Shown here: piece by piece, positions 46,988-55,773 of the stretch
How positions within the stretch are numbered: the first letter of the stretch is position 1
Layout: each line of letters begins with the position of its first letter
Assembly (NCBI GenBank): GCA_964507275.1
Contig: CAZDPG010000001.1
Location: forward strand, 86,503-150,502
Direction: 5' to 3'
Origin: an uncultured Candidatus Saccharibacteria bacterium
GTDB lineage: Bacteria > Patescibacteriota > Minisyncoccia > Phycocordibacterales > Phycocordibacteraceae
Length of the DNA: 64,000 bases
Translations under genes and position numbers: made by a program
The notes under the pieces: model-generated
Database searches by the model: none
Seen by the model: only the letters and a program-made list of their open reading frames with translations
What the model was told of the DNA's origin: nothing

Positions 46988-49912
46988 ATGGCGACCACAG
47001 AAGCATTCGAAGACGCATACAAGAAGCTCAATGCGAAGCAGAGGGAAGCTGTAGACACAATCTACGGTCCGGTGATGGTCGTTGCGGGACCGGGTACGGG
47101 AAAGACACAGATGCTTGCGCTTCGCATCGGGAACATCCTGCAGAAGGCGACCGGGACGAAACCCGATGAGATCCTCGCTCTTACGTATACCGACAGTGCC
47201 GTGACGACGCTCCGCGCTCGACTCGCGCGCTTCATCGGTGCTGCCGCATACCGTGTGCGCATCCATACCTTCCACGGTTTCGCGCGCTCGATACTCGAAC
47301 TACGCCCCGATCTCTTCCCACGCATCGCGCTCGGCTCGCAGCTGGGAGAGATCCGCGGCATTGCACTCATGGAGGAGCTGCTTGATGCCGGAGCATATAC
47401 GAAGATCCGCAGCCCGAGGAATCCGCATCGTTCGGCCCGCGATTTGTTCGGCTTCATGAGCAAACTGAAGCAGGAACATTACACGCCCGAGGCGTACCTC
47501 GCTGACCTGTCGCGCGAGCACGAGTCTGTGCTCACTGACCCAGATCGCATTCACGAGAGTGGGCGGTATGCGGGGCAGGAGAAAGGCGACTATACGCGCC
47601 GCCGCGAGCGCATCGAGAAGCATCTTGAGGTGGCGCATCTCTTCAGCGCCTACCAGGACGCCCTCGAACGCGAGTCGCTCTACGATTACGAAGATCTCAT
47701 CAACGAAGCTATTCGTGGTCTCGAGACCGATGAGGGTTTCCGGTCGCAAGTGGGCGAGCGTTCTCAATTCGTTCTTGCCGACGAGCACCAGGATGCGAAT
47801 CCGGCGCAGAACCGCTTGCTTGAGCTCGTGACCGATTTCGACGGATCGTCGAATCTCTTCATCGTGGGCGACGAGAAGCAGGCTATCTACCGGTTCCAGG
47901 GCGCATCGCTTGCATCGTTCTTCTCTCTCAAGGAGAAATATCCTGATGCGAAGGTCATCTCGCTCAATGAGAATTATCGTTCTCGCTCGAAGATACTCGA
48001 AGCAGCACACGACCTCATCGCTCCTGCGCCCGTGCCTGACCCTACACTCCGTCCGCAGCTCGCAGCCGTTCGCGGCACAGGCGGCGTCGTCGAGGAAGTC
48101 GTGTGCGGCACGCTCCGTGAGGAGCAGGAGACTATCTGCGCGTACCTGAAGAAACTGCATGAGAACGGCGTGCCGTATGAGGATATCGCTCTTTTGGCCA
48201 AGAAGAACTCTGACGTGCTCGCGCTCTCGAGTGTGTTACGTCGCTCCGGTATCCCCGAAGACCATATGAGTGTCGAGATAAGCGCTCTCGCGCATCCGGC
48301 AGTCGTACTTTTCATCGCGCTTGTCCGGGCGCTCGCTGATCTCTCGCAGGATGCCGCACTCGCGCGCGCGTTCTTCATGCCAGGGATACCGATGCCACTC
48401 TCTGCTCGCATGCGCCTGCTCGGCATCCCACGGGCAGGGAACCCCCTCATGAAAGTCATCGGAGAGCATGGTACGAGTGAGCTCCGTGCGTGGATAGGGA
48501 ATATGGAGAGGCTCGCCGAAGAGATGCCGGCGACACCGGTCGTCGCGTGGCTCGCACGACTGGCGAGCGAAAGCGGATTCATCGCAGGCGTGCTCGCGCT
48601 CGCTGAAAGCGAGGATGCGTACGAAGCGTATCAAGGCTTCATGGATGAAGCGGCGTTGCTTACGCGGGAGAATCCGAGCGCGACTGCGCACGATCTCCTG
48701 GAGCGTCTCACTCTCATCGAGAAGCACGAACTCCGTGTGCGGCGTGCACGCACGAAGCATGCAGGGGTGCGCGTCATGACCGTGCACAGTGCGAAAGGGC
48801 TCGAGTTCCCGTACGTCATCATCGCGCATGCCACCGATGAGAAATGGATGCGCGGGAAGTCAGACGAGTTCTCGCTTCTTCTTGAAAAAGAAGACGACGA
48901 GCACGACGTGCGCCGCTTGCTCTATGTCGCGCTCACGCGCGCAAAGGACGGCGTGCTCATCACGCGGTCGGAAGTCACGGAGGAAGATCGCGCCCAGACG
49001 CCGCTCCGGTTCATCGCGGATATGGCCGAGCATCTGGCGCTCGGTATAGCGGCGGTACCGTCCTCCGAATCTGCTCCCTACGAAGAACGCACCATCCTCG
49101 AACCGGAGTATCTGAAGGAGCGGCTCCTCGTGCGTGGGTTTTCGCCGACCAGTTTCAACAATTACGTCCAGTCGCCGTGGCAGTTCTATTTCCGTGCTCT
49201 CTTGCAGCTCCCAGATGCGCCGACGCTCCCGATGATGTACGGCACGGTGATGCACGCAGGACTGAAGGCCTATACCGACGCACAGAGGGCCGGTACTGCG
49301 ACTCCCGAGCATGCGATAGAGGCGTTCCATGCAGAGCTCAACCGCTTGCCACTCTCTCCGCTCGACCGTGCCGAGCTTGCAAAGAAGGGTGAGAAGGCGC
49401 TCCTTGCGTACCTCGTACAGGAGGGCGCTACTATGACTGCGGTACATGAATCGGAATTCCCGATTACGGTCTCGCTCACGGTACCGGGCGTAGGAGAGCT
49501 GCCGCTCACCGGGAAGCTCGACCGGCTCGATCTGCTCGCAGACGGCACGGTCGCCGTGATCGACTACAAGACAGGGAAGGCGAAGAGTGAGAATGACATC
49601 AAAGGTCTTACGAAATCGGGTGATGGTAATTACTATCGCCAGCTTGTGTTCTATAAACTCCTCCTGGATAAGGACAGACGATACTCTATGAGCGAAGGCG
49701 CGCTGCACTTCGTTGAGCCGGATGAGAAGGGGAAGTGTGTCATACGGAAATTCGTCATAACTGATGCCGAGGTCGCCACGCTCGAGGCAGAGCTCATTCT
49801 TGCCGCGCAGAAGATAGCTGACGGTTCGGCATTCACGGCTACCTGCGACCCTGAGCAGTGCGATTACTGCGACCTTGTCGGGTTTCTCCTTGAGCAACAG
49901 AAATTGACGTAG
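46988..49912 (+). CDS. UvrD/PcrA-family helicase fused to C-terminal PD-(D/E)XK nuclease domain (AddA/AdnB-like)
   Basis: Helicase motif I AGPGTGKTQ. UvrD motifs run through VMTVHSAKGLEFPYVII. The C-terminus has GKLDRLD...IDYKTGK...YYRQLVFYKLL (RecB-type nuclease motifs) and a terminal CDPEQCDYC Cys cluster. Confidence 0.8.
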   Translation: MATTEAFEDAYKKLNAKQREAVDTIYGPVMVVAGPGTGKTQMLALRIGNILQKATGTKPDEILALTYTDSAVTTLRARLARFIGAAAYRVRIHTFHGFARSILELRPDLFPRIALGSQLGEIRGIALMEELLDAGAYTKIRSPRNPHRSARDLFGFMSKLKQEHYTPEAYLADLSREHESVLTDPDRIHESGRYAGQEKGDYTRRRERIEKHLEVAHLFSAYQDALERESLYDYEDLINEAIRGLETDEGFRSQVGERSQFVLADEHQDANPAQNRLLELVTDFDGSSNLFIVGDEKQAIYRFQGASLASFFSLKEKYPDAKVISLNENYRSRSKILEAAHDLIAPAPVPDPTLRPQLAAVRGTGGVVEEVVCGTLREEQETICAYLKKLHENGVPYEDIALLAKKNSDVLALSSVLRRSGIPEDHMSVEISALAHPAVVLFIALVRALADLSQDAALARAFFMPGIPMPLSARMRLLGIPRAGNPLMKVIGEHGTSELRAWIGNMERLAEEMPATPVVAWLARLASESGFIAGVLALAESEDAYEAYQGFMDEAALLTRENPSATAHDLLERLTLIEKHELRVRRARTKHAGVRVMTVHSAKGLEFPYVIIAHATDEKWMRGKSDEFSLLLEKEDDEHDVRRLLYVALTRAKDGVLITRSEVTEEDRAQTPLRFIADMAEHLALGIAAVPSSESAPYEERTILEPEYLKERLLVRGFSPTSFNNYVQSPWQFYFRALLQLPDAPTLPMMYGTVMHAGLKAYTDAQRAGTATPEHAIEAFHAELNRLPLSPLDRAELAKKGEKALLAYLVQEGATMTAVHESEFPITVSLTVPGVGELPLTGKLDRLDLLADGTVAVIDYKTGKAKSENDIKGLTKSGDGNYYRQLVFYKLLLDKDRRYSMSEGALHFVEPDEKGKCVIRKFVITDAEVATLEAELILAAQKIADGSAFTATCDPEQCDYCDLVGFLLEQQKLT

Positions 49913-49966
49913 CGTTCTGGGAGTGTTATTATTTCCGGAACAGGTCTTTGAAAGGATTCAGGACGC

Positions 49967-50046
49967 ATGAGACGAGCTTTTTACGGCTTACTTTTTACAA
50001 TTACTGTCGCAAGATAGTTTACTAGGCCGTAAAAAGCTCGTCTCAT
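49967..50046. repeat. perfect 21-bp inverted repeat with 38-nt spacer
   Basis: ATGAGACGAGCTTTTTACGGC at 49967-49987 is exactly reverse-complemented by GCCGTAAAAAGCTCGTCTCAT at 50026-50046. Confidence 0.7.
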
Positions 50047-50103
50047 TGCAGGGACAGAGTCGCCAGTCCGACGGTTCGGACACACTACACAAGGAGAACG
50101 ATC

Positions 50104-50895
50104 ATGTCGGCATCCCCGACCACACCGTCACCCCAGGAGAAACACCTCGACCGCATGGTTGCATTGGCTCGCACGTTTGCCATCCGGGAAATCAATCCTG
50201 ATCACGATGCGTACCAGCGCCTGGCCAAGCGGCAGGGAGAGCTCAACACCGGGCTCACCGCTCTGCTGCGTCATCTCATGGGCGAGGTTCCCGTCTATGC
50301 GCTCGCGAAATCGATCCTCGGCGGTGACTTCATCACTGTTGGAGAAATCATGGCCGCACGTCCCGACATCACCTATAGCTTCGAGCAGGTCGCGAAGTTG
50401 GCGGCAACCATTCCGTCGGAAGACGTATTGCGCTCGTTGAAGGAAAACGGCTACGGTCTCATGCCGCGACCGCCCAAGGCGATTTCGCTGCTCGACATCC
50501 GTTCTACCAGGCCCTCCTACTTCTATTCGAGGACAGGCGGCTGGTACGCAGATCAGGCGTTTGCGCGGGACGACATGACTGGCTCTGGATGGCTCGCCAT
50601 CAAGAAGACGCCGGTCAATGGCTCGCTAAGCAAGAACTGGGACGAGCAGAACAAGCTTCTCTCCAATGTCGAGCAGGTGCCGAACGTCGTTGAGATGAGC
50701 TGGTTCATCACAATCTTCTTCGACGTCCGCGGTGTTCGCCCCTTCGAGAAGGTGTACGTTCGCACGAACAGTCTCGGCTCGGGCGGTACTCGTGTTTACG
50801 TCGGCTTCTTCGACGTCGAGGGTCTCGGCATCAACGACGACTTGGATGATGACCGCGACGATCACCTCGGTCTCGCGTCTGCCCGGAAGTTCTGA
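50104..50895 (+). CDS. hypothetical protein (263 aa)
   Basis: AAGGAG 8 nt upstream. GC-rich codon usage. No recognisable motif. Preceded by the long inverted repeat. Confidence 0.55.
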   Translation: MSASPTTPSPQEKHLDRMVALARTFAIREINPDHDAYQRLAKRQGELNTGLTALLRHLMGEVPVYALAKSILGGDFITVGEIMAARPDITYSFEQVAKLAATIPSEDVLRSLKENGYGLMPRPPKAISLLDIRSTRPSYFYSRTGGWYADQAFARDDMTGSGWLAIKKTPVNGSLSKNWDEQNKLLSNVEQVPNVVEMSWFITIFFDVRGVRPFEKVYVRTNSLGSGGTRVYVGFFDVEGLGINDDLDDDRDDHLGLASARKF

Positions 50896-50969
50896 CCTGA
50901 ACGTCTGTTCTTTGTATCTCTTGAACCTTCGCGCGATCCATCTTCTGGTGGAATTGCGTGGAGGCTCTT

Positions 50970-51638
50970 TTATTTCACTCCAGCAAGCGCTTCGTCGATG
51001 AGCTCTTTTACCGCGCCATACGGATATGCACCGGCCATGACGACGGGAGGCTTCCCGGCGACGATGATGAGCGAATACGGTGTTCCGCGCGCGCCCATAT
51101 CGAGTGCGTTCTGCCGGTCTGCCTGGACGCGCTCATCGATCTCTTTCGGGACAGAGGCGGAGCATGATGCGAAAGCATCGCTCGATACGCCGATCCTTTC
51201 TGCATACGTGCCGTACTCGGCCGGATTGGCGGGCTGGTTCTCGAAGAGTTGCTTTGCGAAGTCCCAGAAGGCCGCATTACCAGCGGCCTGGGTGATGCAC
51301 TCAGATGCTTCAGCGTGCCGCAGCGCATCCGGGTGAATCTCGGAAAGAGGGAATTGGCGGTAGACCCAGGCGACCCTTCCCCCTATTCCTTCGTTCGCGA
51401 TGATGTGCCGCATCGTCTCGTCGAACTCTTTACAATACTCACAGTTGAAGTCGGTGTAGGTGATTATCGTGACCGGTGCGGTAGGGTTCCCGAGGATATG
51501 GTCAGCGGCACCGACCGGGCGCACGAGTGCGGGATTACCTTCACTCGAGGAAGGCTTTGCCATCGAAAAATAGACCGCCGAGGCGACGAGGATGCCGCCG
51601 AGGACGATTGCTGTCGGGATGGCATACGAGGACTTCAT
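50970..51638 (-). CDS. membrane-anchored DsbA-like thiol:disulfide oxidoreductase
   Basis: N-terminal TM, then a thioredoxin fold with the CEYC active site (FNCEYCKEF). Its start overlaps the upstream gene stop by 4 nt. Confidence 0.7.
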   Translation of the reverse strand: MKSSYAIPTAIVLGGILVASAVYFSMAKPSSSEGNPALVRPVGAADHILGNPTAPVTIITYTDFNCEYCKEFDETMRHIIANEGIGGRVAWVYRQFPLSEIHPDALRHAEASECITQAAGNAAFWDFAKQLFENQPANPAEYGTYAERIGVSSDAFASCSASVPKEIDERVQADRQNALDMGARGTPYSLIIVAGKPPVVMAGAYPYGAVKELIDEALAGVK

Positions 51639-52216
51639 AGCTGGAGGGCGTGCGTGAGCGTTGGGAGCGAGCTCTCCGAAAGCCCCCATGCGGCGGTATC
51701 TATCTTGATATCGCGCTTCTCGCGCAAGTCTTTGTATTTCAATTTCCCGTGCTTCATCGCATAGTCGTAGAGCTCGCGCGTGAGACGCACGTCCTCGATG
51801 CAGTATTCGCGTACCAGATCCTTCTTTCCCTCGCGCCACCACTCGCCGGCCTTGAGTCCGTCGCCAGACTTGCCGCGGCCGAGCGTCGCTTCGGCGAGCG
51901 ACTGCAGGCGGATGCGTCGGCCGAGCGCTTTCTGTACTTCTACGAGCAGGTCGAGCGATGGTATGTGCGAGAGGTCCCCCGGGTAGTAGCGATTCAGGAG
52001 CGGTATGTCGAACGAGTCGGAGTTGAAGCCGATGAGGAAATCGGCATGTTCGAGAATGGGCCAGAGCTGCGGGAGCTCTTCGCGCGAATACGACGAATAC
52101 GTGTCGGTGAGCGAATCGTGGATGGCCACGACGATGAGTTCCTGTTCATTCACGTCAATGTGCCCGCGCACGACGGAATCCGAGATCGATTCGATGTCGA
52201 AAGTGATTGCGCGCAT
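51635..52216 (-). CDS. DEDD-family 3-prime-5-prime exonuclease (RNase H-like fold)
   Basis: Exo I ITFDIES, Exo II FLIGFNSDSFDIPLL and Exo III YCIEDVRLTRELYDY. Confidence 0.55.
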   Translation of the reverse strand: MRAITFDIESISDSVVRGHIDVNEQELIVVAIHDSLTDTYSSYSREELPQLWPILEHADFLIGFNSDSFDIPLLNRYYPGDLSHIPSLDLLVEVQKALGRRIRLQSLAEATLGRGKSGDGLKAGEWWREGKKDLVREYCIEDVRLTRELYDYAMKHGKLKYKDLREKRDIKIDTAAWGLSESSLPTLTHALQL

Positions 52217-52219
52217 GAT

Positions 52220-53491
52220 TTAGCTTCCGGATCGCAGACGTGCCGGGAGTTCGGAGAGCGGGAGCCCTGCTTCTTCACCGGTACGGAGAATCTTCATACG
52301 GACGGTCTGATTGGCCACTTCATTTGCGCCGTAGGCGATGAAAAGCGGGATACCGCGCTTCACTGCGTCTTTTATTTGATCGCCGAGTCCACGGTCGGAC
52401 AGGTTTACGAATACGCGACCGCCTTCTTTGCGGAGTGTCGCCGCGAATGCTTGCGCAGCGGGGATGTCGCTTACTGACGGAGTGCCGAGGTAGAGCTGCG
52501 GCCTATGGTTCCCGTCTTTCGGCATGAGACCGTGCGTCTCGAGGAAGTCGGCGAGCGTCACGTCGCCCATGCCGAACCCGATAGCGGGGATGGGGTCGCC
52601 GCCGAAGAGCGCGACGAGCTTGTCGAAGCGGCCACCGCCGAAGAGCGAGCGCGGGTTGGCTGGGTTCGTATCGAATATCTCGAACACGACGCCCGTGTAG
52701 TAATCGAACCCACGGGTGAGCGATGGGTCGAAGACGGCGTTGCCGACGCCGCGTGCCTTGAGCGATTCGATCATGTCGAGCAGTGCGCGTTTCTCATGAG
52801 CAACCTCCGGCGCTTCGCTTGAGTGCTCGATGAGCGTGAGCGGGTCTTTCGCATTGGTTATCGCTCCTCGGGCCGCCTCGAACTCTTCGGGAGTCATCTT
52901 GGACTTCTTGTCGAGCAGACGCAGATACGCGCGTGATGCTGAGCTCTCGAGTCCTGCCGCCGTGCAGGCGGCTGTGAGGAGTGCACGGGAATTGATACGG
53001 ATGATGAAGTCGCTCTCCTTCGCGCCGAGCGCCTTGAGGAGTTCTGCGGCGAGCATGATTACCTCGAAGTCCGCTTCAGCACCGGCGACACCCACAAGAT
53101 CGACGTTCAGTTGGTAGTGCTCGCGTAGGCGGCCTTTCTGTGGGCGCTCGTAGCGGAAGACATTCGGGATGGAGAACCAGCGGAGCGGGAAGGGCATCTC
53201 GCGGCGCTTCGCTGCGACCATGCGCGCCAAGGTCGGGGTCATCTCCGGGCGGAGCGTCACACGACGATCGCCGCGGTCCATGAAGGTATAGGTCTGCTCC
53301 CCGACGATCTCCTCAGAGGTCTTCGCTTCGTAGAGCTCGGCGCGCTCGAGCGGGGAAGCGTTGTATTCTTCGTAGCCCCATGAGCGAAGCGTCGTGCGTA
53401 GCGTAGCGAAGACGGCATCCTTCTGCGCCCAGTCGGCGGGGTAGAAATCACGGACGCCTTTATAAGGATCGGTCGAGAGCGGCTCGGTCAT
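52220..53491 (-). CDS. hisS: histidine--tRNA ligase
   Basis: KGVRDFYPAD, RLRPEMTPTLAR and class II motifs 2 and 3. Start set at MTEPLSTDPYKG. Confidence 0.9.
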   Translation of the reverse strand: MTEPLSTDPYKGVRDFYPADWAQKDAVFATLRTTLRSWGYEEYNASPLERAELYEAKTSEEIVGEQTYTFMDRGDRRVTLRPEMTPTLARMVAAKRREMPFPLRWFSIPNVFRYERPQKGRLREHYQLNVDLVGVAGAEADFEVIMLAAELLKALGAKESDFIIRINSRALLTAACTAAGLESSASRAYLRLLDKKSKMTPEEFEAARGAITNAKDPLTLIEHSSEAPEVAHEKRALLDMIESLKARGVGNAVFDPSLTRGFDYYTGVVFEIFDTNPANPRSLFGGGRFDKLVALFGGDPIPAIGFGMGDVTLADFLETHGLMPKDGNHRPQLYLGTPSVSDIPAAQAFAATLRKEGGRVFVNLSDRGLGDQIKDAVKRGIPLFIAYGANEVANQTVRMKILRTGEEAGLPLSELPARLRSGS

Positions 53492-53600
53492 GAGCTTGAT
53501 TTTATCATGCGTTCGACCAGTGTGCGCGCGGTAGTTGACAAGAGTCCAGAAAAGAGACATCATTTAAATCGGGTAGTCCAAAAACAACAAGGAGAGCGAG

Positions 53601-53855
53601 ATGAGCACCACGCACATCAAGTATTTCGAAGGTGAGGAAGATGAAGACGTCGTCACCCGCCGTTGCTCGCATTGCAAAAAGGAAGTCCTTCCGTCACAGG
53701 CGCACGCCGAGATCACGGATCCCGACAACCACGGCGAGACGCTTCTCTTGCACGACGGCAACAAGCCGATGGACTGTTTGACCAAGTGGTACGAAGCGCG
53801 TCGCTCTCGGGTCCAGGTCGATTCATCGGCCAGTCTGCAGCCTTTCAGAACATGA
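53601..53855 (+). CDS. small acidic protein with CxxC (84 aa), hypothetical
   Basis: AAGGAGAG 8 nt upstream. CSHCKK plus a distal Cys suggest a possible zinc ribbon. Confidence 0.4.
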   Translation: MSTTHIKYFEGEEDEDVVTRRCSHCKKEVLPSQAHAEITDPDNHGETLLLHDGNKPMDCLTKWYEARRSRVQVDSSASLQPFRT

Positions 53856-53865
53856 ACTTCCACCC

Positions 53866-53897
53866 AGGGTCCCGTCTTCACGGGATCCGCTTATTTT
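53866..53897. terminator. intrinsic terminator
   Basis: GGGTCCCG-TCTTCA-CGGGATCC (one mismatch), followed by TTATTTTTAT. Confidence 0.5.
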
Positions 53898-54436
53898 TAT
53901 ACGCTCGTCGTAGTGCTTGATTTCTCGGAAACGTATTTGAGGATGACGTCGCGCATCTGTTCTGGGCGCGGGATGCCTACCATATGGAACTCATCTTCGG
54001 TCCCGGCGGTCTGGACGGTAATAGTACCGATACCGAGGAGTGATGGGAGGACGCCGTTCACTTCGGTCGTCACGTCCTGCACGCGAGCGAGCGGCAGACT
54101 CGACACTTCGCGACTGAAATAGCCGCGCTGTTTGATATTCACGATGCGCTTATTGGTGAGCACCCATGCGTTGAGGAAATAGCGCGTGAACGAGCCCCAG
54201 GCACTCGTCCAGGTGATGAGCAGCCAGATACTGAGTCCTGTCCGACCGACTGTCGTCTGGTAGTCGAGATAGGAAGCATACTGCGCGACCGGCTCTGCTA
54301 GGAGGAGAGCTTTCGGTAGCGCGAAGGGGATTGCTGCGAGTATCGCGTAGGGCAATAGGTCGAGCAGGAAGAGGAACCAATGCTTCCGCGCCTCGATTAC
54401 CGCATGCTCCCCGGGCTCTAGTTCGAATTCTTTCAT
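53897..54436 (-). CDS. membrane protein with bacterial PH domain (YdbT/DUF304-like)
   Basis: Two TM helices followed by a PH-like beta-sandwich segment (NKRIVNIKQRGYFSREVSSLPLARVQDV). Confidence 0.6.
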   Translation of the reverse strand: MKEFELEPGEHAVIEARKHWFLFLLDLLPYAILAAIPFALPKALLLAEPVAQYASYLDYQTTVGRTGLSIWLLITWTSAWGSFTRYFLNAWVLTNKRIVNIKQRGYFSREVSSLPLARVQDVTTEVNGVLPSLLGIGTITVQTAGTEDEFHMVGIPRPEQMRDVILKYVSEKSSTTTSV

Positions 54437-54726
54437 GGCAAGTAGGCGGTGAGGAAGAACGGGTCGCCGGAAAGCGCGTAGGACATGAGCGAGAATGACA
54501 CGAAGGCGTGTGCGGCAATAGCAGGGAAGGCGATCCAGGACGCGTGAGAATATCTGAGCCAGTGATAGACCGCGATAATCGAATACGCGGCCCAGAAGGC
54601 GAAGACGGCGTAGAGCGTCCAGACCGTCGCGACACCGGCAGAGATTCCAGTCGGAACGGGAAGATAGGAGAGTAGCGCGGTAGGGGGCGAGAAGGGCTGG
54701 AGCGGCTGATCGGTCATGAGGGACAT
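54433..54726 (-). CDS. small 3-TM membrane protein, hypothetical
   Basis: 4-nt overlap with the downstream PH-domain gene. Hydrophobic profile only. Confidence 0.4.
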   Translation of the reverse strand: MSLMTDQPLQPFSPPTALLSYLPVPTGISAGVATVWTLYAVFAFWAAYSIIAVYHWLRYSHASWIAFPAIAAHAFVSFSLMSYALSGDPFFLTAYLP

Positions 54727-55445
54727 GATACTACGATAATGCGTGGCTGACCGTACTGGTCAGTGCGTATAGAGGCGCGCATCCCGTGTTTTTCGAACAG
54801 TGAAGCTGCCGCGTTAGCGTGCGCACTGTCGACCTCGATCCATGCTTCACCATCCGGAGCGAGCTTTTGTGGCAGGTCCGCCGCGATGCGCCGAATAACG
54901 GCGAGACCGTCTTCTCCCGCGTAGAGCGCTTGGGATGGCTCGTAGTCGGCGACACTTGCGTCGAGTGTGCGGCCAGAGGGGATGTAGGGTGGGTTCGCTG
55001 CGATGATATCAAACGTTGTGCCGAGTGGTTCGAAGAGGTCGCCGATGCGCACATTGGCACGAGACTCGTCCAGATTATTTTTGCGGATGTTCTTCAGGAT
55101 GGTCGCTTCGTGCGCAGGGTCAATCTCGCCGAAGTACACCTGCGCATCCGGTAGTCGGGCGAGAGCGGCACAACCGATTGCGCCCGAGCCCGCACAGAGG
55201 TCGAGGAACCTGAGTCCATGTGTATCTTTGCGTTCATTGAGTAACTGTTCGGTCCACCACTCCGTCTCGGGGCGGGGGATGAGGGGATGAGAATCAAGAT
55301 GAATTTTCAATCCGAGGAATGGCTGCCAGCCGATGATGAACCCGAGCGGTTCACCCGTAGCGAGTCGCTTCCGGTCTTCTTCGTAGCCCTCGGTAGCCTT
55401 TCCGCCGTACTTTTCCTCCAGGAGCCACTGTTCGTCGCGGGTCAT
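54714..55445 (-). CDS. prmC: release factor glutamine N5-methyltransferase
   Basis: SAM motif LDLCAGSGAIG and substrate-binding NPPY. Start set at MTRDEQWLLEEKYGG. Confidence 0.85.
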   Translation of the reverse strand: MTRDEQWLLEEKYGGKATEGYEEDRKRLATGEPLGFIIGWQPFLGLKIHLDSHPLIPRPETEWWTEQLLNERKDTHGLRFLDLCAGSGAIGCAALARLPDAQVYFGEIDPAHEATILKNIRKNNLDESRANVRIGDLFEPLGTTFDIIAANPPYIPSGRTLDASVADYEPSQALYAGEDGLAVIRRIAADLPQKLAPDGEAWIEVDSAHANAAASLFEKHGMRASIRTDQYGQPRIIVVSCPS

Positions 55446-55545
55446 ACAAGCCACGCTAGCACAGGATGGAGAGCCAGTCGCTCCGCGTTTATCGGTTATA
55501 CAGGAATATACACAGCTTTTACACTGTTTTTTCCTCAGATTTTGC

Positions 55546-55745
55546 TTGACATTCTGAATGCATGGAAGAAAATATAAGGAGTTCATTCTTTTTGGGAAGA
55601 ACCTTAATACCACAATAGGTCCTACACATGCGGATGCCATCCGCTCCCTCGGACCACCTATATTACAGAGGTTTCTTCCCATCAGAGGATGAACGGGCGT
55701 AGGAAAAGCCCCACAGCGGTGGGACTTTTCCCTTGTTATTTTTTT
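55546..55745 (+). ncRNA. orphan promoter-to-terminator unit, candidate small RNA of about 150-190 nt
   Basis: AT-rich block with TTGACA at 55546, internal hairpins, and a plus-oriented terminator at 55704-55745. No plausible CDS on either strand. Confidence 0.2.
55704..55745 (+). terminator. plus-strand intrinsic terminator with no upstream plus-strand gene
   Basis: AAAAGCCCCAC-AGCG-GTGGGACTTTT (one mismatch), followed by CCCTTGTTATTTTTTT. The T-run is only on the plus side. Confidence 0.5.
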
Positions 55746-55773
55746 CATACGGTAGGCATCACTCATACAAAAG

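Noticed and set aside
55558-55692. 44-codon ORF (MHGRKYKEFILFGKNLNTTIGPTHADAIRSLGPPILQRFLPIRG) inside the orphan promoter-terminator unit. An AAGGAG lies at 55576-55581, inside the ORF.
   Set aside because: AT-rich third codon positions are unlike every confident gene in the window. No family resemblance. A non-coding RNA is more likely.
55446-55760. Search for SRP RNA, tmRNA (tag-peptide ALAA-stop, tRNA-like 3-prime end) and RNase P signatures in the ncRNA candidate region.
   Set aside because: No GGAA/AGCAGC SRP domain-IV motif, no tag reading frame, no T-arm-like GTTCGAATC. Identity of the putative RNA remains open.
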